From positions 3,068 to 67,067 of the forward strand of contig CAZHDZ010000004.1 of assembly GCA_964531275.1 (NCBI GenBank): a stretch of 64,000 bases of DNA, written 5' to 3'. The translations under genes were made by a program, and so were the position numbers. The notes under the pieces are model-generated. The model did not search any database. It had not been told where the DNA came from and saw only the letters and a list, made by a program, of their open reading frames with translations. Source of the stretch: an uncultured Gammaproteobacteria bacterium (GTDB lineage Bacteria; Patescibacteriota; Microgenomatia; Levybacterales; GWA1-39-11). Below are positions 9,031-16,678 of the stretch, piece by piece (within the stretch, counting starts at the first letter, position 1; each line of letters begins with the position of its first letter).

Positions 9031-9768
9031 CTATACTTTTCTTCTCTTAACAATAAATTTATTGCTATATTTTTTCTTATCTCTTGTTTTTCCAACAGCA
9101 CGTCGACCAGTATAGGTTTTTGGATACTTCAATCCAATGCCGCTTCTACCTTCTCCTCCTCCGTGTGGATGAGACTTTGGATCTTGTGCAACCCCTCTAA
9201 CGGTTGGTCTAATACCCATGTGCCTTTTGGTTCCGGCTTTTCTAAATACCCTATCTTTCCACTCTATGTTTGAAAGCTGGCCAATTGTAGCATAATTATC
9301 GTTCAAAATCCTTCTGATCTCGCCTGAGGGCATTTTGACTTGAACGTATTTTTCTTCTTTAGCAACAATCATTGCTTGATTTCCTGCAGAACGTGCAATT
9401 TGTCCGCCGCGTCCTTTTGTAAGCTCAATATTGTGAACGGGAGTTCCAACTGGAATATTTTTGATTAACATTGCGTTCCCATTTCTTATATCAACTGTCT
9501 CACCTGACACAACTTTGTCACCAAGACTTACATTGGTTGGCCTCAAAATGTATCTTTTTTCCCCATCAGAGTATTGAATGAGCAAAAGATCAACTGAGCG
9601 ATTTGGATCATACTCAATTCCCACTACGACACCTACCATGTCCATTTTGTTTCTCTTAAAGTCAATAACTCTGTAGAATCTTTTTTGTCTTCCACCTTGA
9701 TGTCTCACAACAACACTTCCTGAGTTATTGCGTCCTGAATTTTTCTTTAGAATTACTTTTAATTGCAT
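9031..9768 (-). CDS. rplB: 50S ribosomal protein uL2 (shortened N-terminus, 245 aa)
   Basis: SGRNNSG, EYDPNRS, RSAG, RPTVRGVA, HPHGGGEG. Confidence 0.98.
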   Translation of the reverse strand: MQLKVILKKNSGRNNSGSVVVRHQGGRQKRFYRVIDFKRNKMDMVGVVVGIEYDPNRSVDLLLIQYSDGEKRYILRPTNVSLGDKVVSGETVDIRNGNAMLIKNIPVGTPVHNIELTKGRGGQIARSAGNQAMIVAKEEKYVQVKMPSGEIRRILNDNYATIGQLSNIEWKDRVFRKAGTKRHMGIRPTVRGVAQDPKSHPHGGGEGRSGIGLKYPKTYTGRRAVGKTRDKKKYSNKFIVKRRKV

Positions 9769-9769
9769 A

Positions 9770-10150
9770 CTATTTCTTAGCCTCCTCTTTCTTTACGGTC
9801 TTTTTTGCTTTCTTCTCTTCTTTTGATTTATCTTCTTTCTTACCATCCTGGTTGATTCCTAAGTGTTCATCAAAAATAGCGATCGACTGACCTTTTACAA
9901 GCACAACCCGTGCTTTTTTATCAGCGAACACCTTTACTTTTCGTCCAACTCTTGTATTTTTTGTTGTTGAACCTTTTGTAATATTTGTCATTATCTTTAC
10001 TATTTTTACTTCAAAAACCTCTTCAATAGCCGCTTTAATTTGTGTTTTGTTAGCCTTTTCATTTACTAAAAAGGTATATTTACCCATAACTGCATCCTTC
10101 AATGACTTTTCAGATATGATAGGTTTTATAATAACGTGTTGTGATTGCAT
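9770..10150 (-). CDS. rplW: 50S ribosomal protein uL23 with Lys/Glu-rich C-terminal tail
   Basis: IIKPIISEKS, ANKTQIKAAIE, KKARV. Confidence 0.96.
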   Translation of the reverse strand: MQSQHVIIKPIISEKSLKDAVMGKYTFLVNEKANKTQIKAAIEEVFEVKIVKIMTNITKGSTTKNTRVGRKVKVFADKKARVVLVKGQSIAIFDEHLGINQDGKKEDKSKEEKKAKKTVKKEEAKK

Positions 10151-10151
10151 A

Positions 10152-10961
10152 TTAATTTTTTACTAATCTTTTCTCTAATTCTTCGACAGAATTTTTTAAG
10201 AAAATAATATTTTTGCTTACCATAACTATATAGGTAGAAACAGTCGATGCTGTTTCGATCTCAAGACCGCCAATATTATGTGCTCCGCGAGTTGCATTTT
10301 CATTACCATCGGTCACCAAAAGCACTCTTTTTATTTTTCCTTTTGCAGTTAGCTCCATTGCTTTAAAAAGCTTTGCAAATTCTTTTGTCTTTCCTGAGAA
10401 ATCTCCCTCAACAACCCTTATTGCCCCTTCCTGGGCTTTTTGTGACAACGCGCTGATAAGTGCAGCTTTTCTCATTTTCTTCGGAAAATCTAGTCCAAAA
10501 TCATGAGGATGTGGGCCGTGAGCTACGCCTCCTCCAACAAAAATAGGAGCTTTGATTGCTCCATGTCTTGCTCTTCCTGTACCTTTTTGTCTATAAATTT
10601 TTCTCGTTGACCCAATTACTTCTCCTCTTGTTTGGGTGGATGCATTACCTTGCCTTTGATTTGCAAGATAAACTCTTACTGCTTGTGAAATAAGCGCTTT
10701 ATTTGGAATTACTCCAAATATTTCTGATGGTAAAGTCATATTGCCTTTTGCTGCTCCATCTACTCCTACGATTGCAACTTTGACTGATGCTTTAGCTTCT
10801 TTTGAATCAATCCTTCGTGGATTTTTTATATGTAGACCACTTCTATTTTTCATTGTCTTAACAGCTGCTATCTTTTTTGAAGCAACGGGCTTTGCAATTA
10901 CTTTAGCCTCTACCTTCTTCTCAACTACTTTTTTTGTTACTTTTTTCACTGCTTTTTCCAT
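10152..10961 (-). CDS. rplD: 50S ribosomal protein uL4 with Lys-rich N-terminal extension
   Basis: RQGNASTQTRGEV, RQKGTGRARHG, GGGVAHGP. Confidence 0.97.
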   Translation of the reverse strand: MEKAVKKVTKKVVEKKVEAKVIAKPVASKKIAAVKTMKNRSGLHIKNPRRIDSKEAKASVKVAIVGVDGAAKGNMTLPSEIFGVIPNKALISQAVRVYLANQRQGNASTQTRGEVIGSTRKIYRQKGTGRARHGAIKAPIFVGGGVAHGPHPHDFGLDFPKKMRKAALISALSQKAQEGAIRVVEGDFSGKTKEFAKLFKAMELTAKGKIKRVLLVTDGNENATRGAHNIGGLEIETASTVSTYIVMVSKNIIFLKNSVEELEKRLVKN

Positions 10962-10964
10962 AGA

Positions 10965-11876
10965 TTATTTAACTTCCTCCTTTACTTCTTCTTTTTCCTC
11001 GACTGCTTCAACTGTAGATTCTGCAACTACTGGTTCTTCTTTTGTTTCTACAACTTCCTCTTTTACTTCTTCTGATTGGTTTGCGGTCTGGGAAGCTTCT
11101 TTCTCTGCAATTTCCTCAGCTTTTGCTTCCGCAACAACTTCTGCTTTCATTTCTTCTTGCTCTTCTATAGATGGTCCAATTTCTTCAATTTTTGCCTCCT
11201 CAACAACAGCTTCTTCTGCTACCTCAGTCTTGAAAAGACCTATATGCTTTTTATTTACACCCCGCCTCGTAATTGTAACTATTGAACTTATATGCCCAGG
11301 AACAAGTCCTTTAACAACAAGCACTCCATCCTTAAAGTCGATAACCTCAAGATTTTTAACAGTTACATCTTCTGCACCCATTCTACCGGCCATTCTTTTA
11401 CCCTTGTATACTCTTCCGGGAGTTGTTGACTGTCCAATAGAACCGGGAGCACGATGTCTATCTGACTGACCGTGTGTTTTTGGTCCTCCTTTAAAGTGAT
11501 GCCTTTTGACTACGCCAGCATAACCTTTACCCTTTGATGTACCAGAAACATCAACAATATCTCCAGCTGCTAATACTTCTTCAACAACAACGGAAGAACC
11601 TAATTCCACAGAGTCTATTTTTTCAACTTTTGATTCCTTAAAAAAACGAGGCATTGTTTTGAGCCCCGCTTTTGCTACATGACCTTTGGTTGGCTTGTCT
11701 GCTTTATTATCTGCACCAAAACCTAGCTGAACAGCATCATAGCCATCTTTAGCTGTATTCTTGATCTGGACTACAACATTTGAAGACACATCAATTCTTG
11801 TCATAGGAATTCTTCTTCCGTCCTCCAAAAATCCTTGTGTCTGTCCTAGTTTTTTACCGATTATTGTTGTGAACAT
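10965..11876 (-). CDS. rplC: 50S ribosomal protein uL3 with long acidic C-terminal tail
   Basis: GKKLGQTQ, DGYDAVQLG, SKGKGYAG, HRAPGSIG, GKRMAGRMG; start set to ATG 11876 (MFTTIIGKK). Confidence 0.97.
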   Translation of the reverse strand: MFTTIIGKKLGQTQGFLEDGRRIPMTRIDVSSNVVVQIKNTAKDGYDAVQLGFGADNKADKPTKGHVAKAGLKTMPRFFKESKVEKIDSVELGSSVVVEEVLAAGDIVDVSGTSKGKGYAGVVKRHHFKGGPKTHGQSDRHRAPGSIGQSTTPGRVYKGKRMAGRMGAEDVTVKNLEVIDFKDGVLVVKGLVPGHISSIVTITRRGVNKKHIGLFKTEVAEEAVVEEAKIEEIGPSIEEQEEMKAEVVAEAKAEEIAEKEASQTANQSEEVKEEVVETKEEPVVAESTVEAVEEKEEVKEEVK

Positions 11877-12031
11877 ATTTAGATTCAAAAACGCCCGCCT
11901 TGAGCTCGCCAACTACGGCGAGACAGGCACAAAAAAAGCGACTCCTACAGTCGCTTTTACAATTAGGAATACCTAATTTACATCGCGCTATGTAGTCAAA
12001 CTAACCCTCCTTAAAGTCGTCATTTTGCGTA
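11877..12031 (-). promoter_or_regulatory. Structured 5' leader of the rplC operon (candidate r-protein autoregulatory RNA/attenuator)
   Basis: Four consecutive hairpins: 11979-11994, 11961-11978, 11934-11958 (ending in U7) and 11905-11922, lying between a consensus promoter and the rplC ATG. Confidence 0.55.
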
Positions 12032-12037
12032 CTGTCA

Positions 12038-12066
12038 ATTATATACGTATTTGAATTCAAATGCAA
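12038..12066 (-). promoter_or_regulatory. Sigma70-type promoter for the rplC operon
   Basis: TTGCAT-17 nt-TATAAT on the minus strand. Confidence 0.75.
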
Positions 12067-12390
12067 GAGTTCTAGCCTGATACTTAAATCGAATTCCAGT
12101 GATTAGATCCAAGTGTAAGAGTCCAATTCCTATTCTTAAATCACATTCTTACACTCTCTTAACCAAAAGAAAAGAAAAAAGGAATATTATTGAAAAATAA
12201 CACTATAAAAGAGTTTTTTATCATCTAACCATGAGCAAAATAACTATACTCCGCATAGAAGGACTAAAAGAACACTCCACTAGAGCCTCTCCATAAAAAT
12301 ACGACAGAGAACTGCCCGGATTTAGGAAATATGAAAGATAAGTGCAAAGAGTTTGCTTTCTGAATTTATGAAAAAAAGGAATGAAGAGGC

Positions 12391-12415
12391 TTCATTTTGA
12401 GTCAGTCAAAATGAA
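12391..12415 (-). terminator. Probable terminator/hairpin downstream of rpsJ
   Basis: ttcattttga-gtcag-tcaaaatgaa, a perfect 10-bp inverted repeat 8 nt after the rpsJ stop; U7 tract a few nt further on the minus strand. Confidence 0.5.
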
Positions 12416-12423
12416 AAGTATCT

Positions 12424-12735
12424 TTACATTTTAATCTCAACATTTACACCTGATGGAAGATCGAGGTGAATGAGATTTTCTATTGTGCTTTCTGTAGGAT
12501 TAATGATATCAATAAGTCTTTTATGAGTCTTTAGCTGAAAATGTTCTCGCGCATCTTTATCAATGAAAGCAGCTTTATTAACAGCAAAAATAGTCCTATT
12601 TGAAGGTAATGGAATAGGACCAACGACCTTTGCACCAGTTCTTAATGCAGTGTCAATGATTTGTTGACAAGTTGAGTCGATGATTCTAGGATCATAACTT
12701 TTCAATTTTACGCGGATGCGTCCTTTTGATGCCAT
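12424..12735 (-). CDS. rpsJ: 30S ribosomal protein uS10
   Basis: RIRVKLKSYD, GPIPLP, THKRLIDI, LPSGVNVEIK. Confidence 0.98.
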   Translation of the reverse strand: MASKGRIRVKLKSYDPRIIDSTCQQIIDTALRTGAKVVGPIPLPSNRTIFAVNKAAFIDKDAREHFQLKTHKRLIDIINPTESTIENLIHLDLPSGVNVEIKM

Positions 12736-12763
12736 ATATTTTAAATCTAGTGCATTTTAACAC

Positions 12764-12792
12764 AAAAAAACCTGCTCACAAGGTAGCAGGTT
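12764..12792 (-). terminator. Intrinsic terminator of tuf
   Basis: Minus strand AACCTGCT-accttgtg-AGCAGGTT followed by a U-run. Confidence 0.7.
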
Positions 12793-12842
12793 CAATTACC
12801 AACGTTCTCATCCTAATTTTCTAATGTGCGATTGATCTCTAA

Positions 12843-14027
12843 TTATTTAGTGATCTTGGTAACAACTCCTGCTCCAACTGTCTTGCCGCCCTCTCGGATA
12901 GCAAATCTCATTCCATCTTCCATAGCTACAGGAACGATAAGTGAAACATTCATTTTTGCATTATCTCCAGGCATAACCATTTCTACACCTTCTTGAAGCT
13001 TGATTTCTCCAGTAACGTCAGTTGTTCTAATGTAGAATTGAGGTCTATATCCTGAGAAGAAAGGTGTGTGTCTTCCGCCTTCTTCTTTGGTAAGAATGTA
13101 GACTTCAGCTTCAAATTCTGTGTGAGGAGTGATAGATCCTGGCTTTGCAAGAACCTGTCCTCTTTCAACATCTTTCTTTTCAACTCCTCTAAGAAGAAGT
13201 CCAGCATTATCTCCTGCTTGTCCCTCGTCAAGTTGTTTTCGGAACATTTCAATTCCGGTTACAATTGTTTTTGATGTAGGCTTGACTCCAACAATTTCTA
13301 GCTCTTCATTAAGCTTTACCACTCCTCTTTCAATTCTTCCTGTTACAACTGTTCCGCGCCCTTTGATTGAGAAAACGTCCTCAACAGGCATAAGGAAAGG
13401 CTTATCGATTGGTCTTTCTGGAGTTGGAATAAATTCATCAACCTTGTCCATAAGATCAAGAATTGCCTGTTCTGCTTCTGGATCACCTTCAATAGCTTTA
13501 AGAGCTGAACCTTTAATGATAGGAGTAGTATCTCCAGGATATTGATATTTAGTCAAAAGTTCTCTTACTTCCATCTCAACAAGCTCCAAAAGTTCTGGAT
13601 CTTGTACCATATCAACTTTATTCATAAATACAACGATTGAAGGCACTCCAACTTGGCGAGCAAGAAGAATATGTTCTCTTGTTTGAGGCATAGGTCCGTC
13701 AGGAGCAGATACAACAAGGATTGCACCGTCCATTTGAGCTGCACCCGTGATCATGTTCTTGATGTAATCAGCATGTCCTGGAGCGTCAATGTGAGCGTAA
13801 TGACGAGTAGCTGTTTCATACTCTTGATGAGAGATATTAATTGTAACTCCTCTTTCTCTTTCTTCAGGAGCATTGTCGATATCTGCGTAATTTCTAGCTT
13901 CTGCTAGCCCCTTTTTTGCAAGCACATGAGTGATTGCTGCAGTTGTAGTGGTTTTACCGTGATCAACGTGACCAATGGTACCAATATTTACGTGTGGTTT
14001 TGTTCTGTCAAATTTTGCTGTTGCCAT
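12843..14027 (-). CDS. tuf: Elongation factor Tu
   Basis: [47 protein letters not shown]. Confidence 0.99.
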   Translation of the reverse strand: MATAKFDRTKPHVNIGTIGHVDHGKTTTTAAITHVLAKKGLAEARNYADIDNAPEERERGVTINISHQEYETATRHYAHIDAPGHADYIKNMITGAAQMDGAILVVSAPDGPMPQTREHILLARQVGVPSIVVFMNKVDMVQDPELLELVEMEVRELLTKYQYPGDTTPIIKGSALKAIEGDPEAEQAILDLMDKVDEFIPTPERPIDKPFLMPVEDVFSIKGRGTVVTGRIERGVVKLNEELEIVGVKPTSKTIVTGIEMFRKQLDEGQAGDNAGLLLRGVEKKDVERGQVLAKPGSITPHTEFEAEVYILTKEEGGRHTPFFSGYRPQFYIRTTDVTGEIKLQEGVEMVMPGDNAKMNVSLIVPVAMEDGMRFAIREGGKTVGAGVVTKITK

Positions 14028-14071
14028 ATAGTTTTGCCAAAAATAAACACCTGTTTTTTAGGTGTGAAAGA

Positions 14072-14100
14072 ATAATACAATATGTTTTTTCGTGCGTCAA
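14072..14100 (-). promoter_or_regulatory. Sigma70-type promoter of tuf
   Basis: TTGACG-17 nt-TATTAT (TG-preceded) on the minus strand; the upstream gene is divergent. Confidence 0.7.
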
Positions 14101-14141
14101 TACCCAATTTTGGGGTAAATTATGTTTGATATACTGTTGAG

Positions 14142-14762
14142 ATGAAAGTTTACTTCGTAAGACATGGACAGACAGAATTCAATGCAAACGATCAATATCA
14201 GCCTTTGGACTCGAGTTTATCTGCAAAAGGCAGACAGCAGGCACAATTTGTAGCAAAAAGGCTTACGGATATACAAATTGACATTATCCTCTCAAGCAAC
14301 TTGAGACGCGCCGTTCAAACTGCTGAAATAATAAATGAAGAACTTCAAAAAGAGCATATTCAACTCCAAGAATTACGCGAAGCCAAACGTCCCTCTACTT
14401 TTATTGGCAAAAATAAAACAGACCATTTCGTTATAGACGTTCTATCTCATATAGAAGACCGAGCAGAAGATCCTTTGTGGCATTATTCGGACGAAGAAAA
14501 TTTTTCAGAAGTTAAATCTCGTGCAATAGGAGCCCTCCACATGATCGCAGATAGAAATGAAAGTCATGTCCTGGTAGTAACGCACGGCGAATTCTTACGT
14601 TTTATCTTAGGAATTCTCCTTATAGGGGAAAGTCTAACATTTCCAGAATACCGACATATTCAAAACGTACTAAAAACTACTAACACTGGCATAACAGTTT
14701 GTCACTATGAAAAAAATGAGTGGAAACTCTTAACATGGAATGATCATGCACACTTACCTTGA
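14142..14762 (+). CDS. Histidine phosphatase (phosphoglycerate mutase family)
   Basis: YFVRHGQT, SSNLRRAVQTA, VLVVTHG, NTGIT, WNDHAHL. Confidence 0.9.
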   Translation: MKVYFVRHGQTEFNANDQYQPLDSSLSAKGRQQAQFVAKRLTDIQIDIILSSNLRRAVQTAEIINEELQKEHIQLQELREAKRPSTFIGKNKTDHFVIDVLSHIEDRAEDPLWHYSDEENFSEVKSRAIGALHMIADRNESHVLVVTHGEFLRFILGILLIGESLTFPEYRHIQNVLKTTNTGITVCHYEKNEWKLLTWNDHAHLP

Positions 14763-14828
14763 TATGACATCTTCAAAGATGTCTACTTTAGTATTTCGGA
14801 GCTTACTTTAAGATCGTATAATTGGGCA

Positions 14829-15833
14829 ATGTTTTTTATTACTCTTATTGGATTTGGTCTTGCAGCCTTCATCATAGTATTCCTCTATCAACTTATACTT
14901 ACGCACCCGATGGCACTATGGGAAAGAGGAGCCTTCTTTTTTATAGTAACCGGAATTTTAATTACCTCAGCATATATTAGGCTTCAATATATAGAAAGTG
15001 ATACTTTGGAGGCTAAAGTACTAAAGCCCATAGCCTCTCCTATTCAAAAAAGTATAGAAGCAGTAGATACCTTTAGTGAATCGAAAGAGCTTGAAGAAAT
15101 TATTCTTCCATTGATTGAGAATGAACAAGGAACCTACTCTGTAGTAATAAGAAATCTCAAGACAGGAACCCACTATAACTATAAAGAAAGAGAAGTCTAC
15201 TCTTCTGCCAGCCTCTATAAGCTTTGGACCATGGCAACAGTATTTCAGCAAGTAAAAGATAACAAGCTAACTCTAGACAAACCCATTTCTGCAGATATCG
15301 CGATGCTTAATAAAGCATTTGACCTTGGAGAGGATGCAGAGCTATCAGAAGGAACTATTTCAAATACTGTTGAGGGTGCTATTGAGCAAATGATAACTAT
15401 TTCTCACAATTACTCAGCCATTCTCCTTACTTATACGGTAAAAAATTCTTCTGTAAAGCAATTCCTTCTCAATTATCACCTTACTGACTCAAAAACTGGA
15501 TCGCCACCCACAACAACTGCAAATGATATAGCCGATTACTACGAAATGCTCTATAAAAGAGAACTTATTACAAAAGACTTCTCAAATCAGATGATAGAAA
15601 TACTGAAAAGACAAAAACTTAACGACAGGATACCTAAGTATTTACCCGCAGGAGCACCTATTGCCCACAAGACGGGAGAATTGGGAGGAGTAAAACACGA
15701 TGCTGGAATTGTATTTTCGGAAAAGGGAGATTATATAGTTGTACTGATGTCGAATACTAATGCACCACTTAAAGCTGCTGAAGTAGAAGCCAATATCTCA
15801 AAAGTGGTATGGGAATATTTTAACCGATTATAA
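14829..15833 (+). CDS. Membrane-anchored serine hydrolase, class A beta-lactamase/D,D-peptidase fold
   Basis: Two N-terminal TM segments; SxxK (SLYK), SxN (SHN), KTG (HKTG) motifs. Confidence 0.85.
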   Translation: MFFITLIGFGLAAFIIVFLYQLILTHPMALWERGAFFFIVTGILITSAYIRLQYIESDTLEAKVLKPIASPIQKSIEAVDTFSESKELEEIILPLIENEQGTYSVVIRNLKTGTHYNYKEREVYSSASLYKLWTMATVFQQVKDNKLTLDKPISADIAMLNKAFDLGEDAELSEGTISNTVEGAIEQMITISHNYSAILLTYTVKNSSVKQFLLNYHLTDSKTGSPPTTTANDIADYYEMLYKRELITKDFSNQMIEILKRQKLNDRIPKYLPAGAPIAHKTGELGGVKHDAGIVFSEKGDYIVVLMSNTNAPLKAAEVEANISKVVWEYFNRL

Positions 15834-15853
15834 AACTGATATAGTTGATCATA

Positions 15854-15882
15854 TTGACTGGTGAACGATTGTTCACTAAGAT
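15854..15882 (+). promoter_or_regulatory. Promoter with a LexA-type operator (GAAC-N4-GTTC) in its spacer
   Basis: TTGACT-g-GTGAACgattGTTCAC-TAAGAT; 17-nt spacer; palindrome at 15861-15876 upstream of the lexA-like gene. Confidence 0.75.
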
Positions 15883-16065
15883 TACTTTTGTAAGCTTTAA
15901 TCTCAAAACTAGCAACACTAATATATAAGGTTAGGCTAGGTTTATATTAACTCTTGCTCATTAAAAACTCTTACCACAGTTACTTTCACCAGTTTTTGGT
16001 GAATATAAAACAAAACCCTGGTGAGAGCTTTTGGTACTTTTCTCGGCAGAAAAGTAAAAAAACAT

Positions 16066-16626
16066 ATGAAAGAAACATACATCACTGATTTACAAAGCTT
16101 CTACAAGAAAAATAAGAGACTCCCCTCTTACTCTGAAATGCTAGCCCTATTTGGATTGGCTTCAAAAAATGCAATCCATAAAATTATTAAAAAACTTATT
16201 GAGCAGGGTTATTTAGACAAAATTGCCGGGAAGTTAGCGCCCAGCAATTCTTTCTTCCAAATCCCCCTGTTGGGGTCTGTAAAAGCAGGATTCCCAACGG
16301 GGGCTGAAGAAGACCTCAATTTCATGTCTTTAGACGAATATCTTGTAGATAAGCCTGGATCTTCTTTTATGCTGAGAGTGGCAGGAGACTCTCTTGAAGG
16401 AATAGGTATATATAAAGAGGATATCGTAATTCTGGAAAAAGCAAAATCGGCCAATAGAGGGGAAATTGTACTTGCTCTTATTGATGGAGAGTGGACTTTA
16501 AAAATTATCGAGAAAATCGAAGGCAAAGTGGTTCTCCGATCTGCAAATCCCAAATACCCTGACTTTTATCCTCATTTAAGCTTAGAAATTTTCGGAATTG
16601 TCAAAAGCGTTGTTAGAAAGTACTAA
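16066..16626 (+). CDS. lexA: LexA-like repressor / UmuD-like S24 peptidase with N-terminal wHTH
   Basis: wHTH (PSYSEM...FGLAS...IKKLIEQGYL); cleavage site VKAG|FP; catalytic Ser (GDSL) and Lys (EWTLK); start set to ATG 16066. Confidence 0.8.
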   Translation: MKETYITDLQSFYKKNKRLPSYSEMLALFGLASKNAIHKIIKKLIEQGYLDKIAGKLAPSNSFFQIPLLGSVKAGFPTGAEEDLNFMSLDEYLVDKPGSSFMLRVAGDSLEGIGIYKEDIVILEKAKSANRGEIVLALIDGEWTLKIIEKIEGKVVLRSANPKYPDFYPHLSLEIFGIVKSVVRKY

Positions 16627-16678
16627 AGTATGGTTAAAAAAAGTCTAAGTCTTATAAGAAGGTTCTTCAAAATGTATT

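Noticed and set aside
10741-11469. 242-aa plus-strand ORF opposite rplC/rplD, and similar antisense ORFs over tuf, fusA and rpoBC
   Set aside because: Antisense shadows of conserved, codon-biased genes; no recognisable motifs.
11877-11912. N-terminal extensions given by the ORF track for rplC (also adk, lexA, fusA, rpoB, VOC, Nudix, AlkA)
   Set aside because: The upstream alternative starts run through promoters or leader hairpins; downstream ATGs match the conserved N-termini.
12231-12296. 21-codon plus-strand ORF in the rpsJ-rplC spacer
   Set aside because: Too short, with no RBS or -10 support and no recognisable motif.
14829-15833. Bona fide antibiotic-resistance beta-lactamase
   Set aside because: It has SxxK/SxN/KTG but two TM anchors and no recognisable omega-loop ExxLN motif; a cell-wall peptidase is equally likely.
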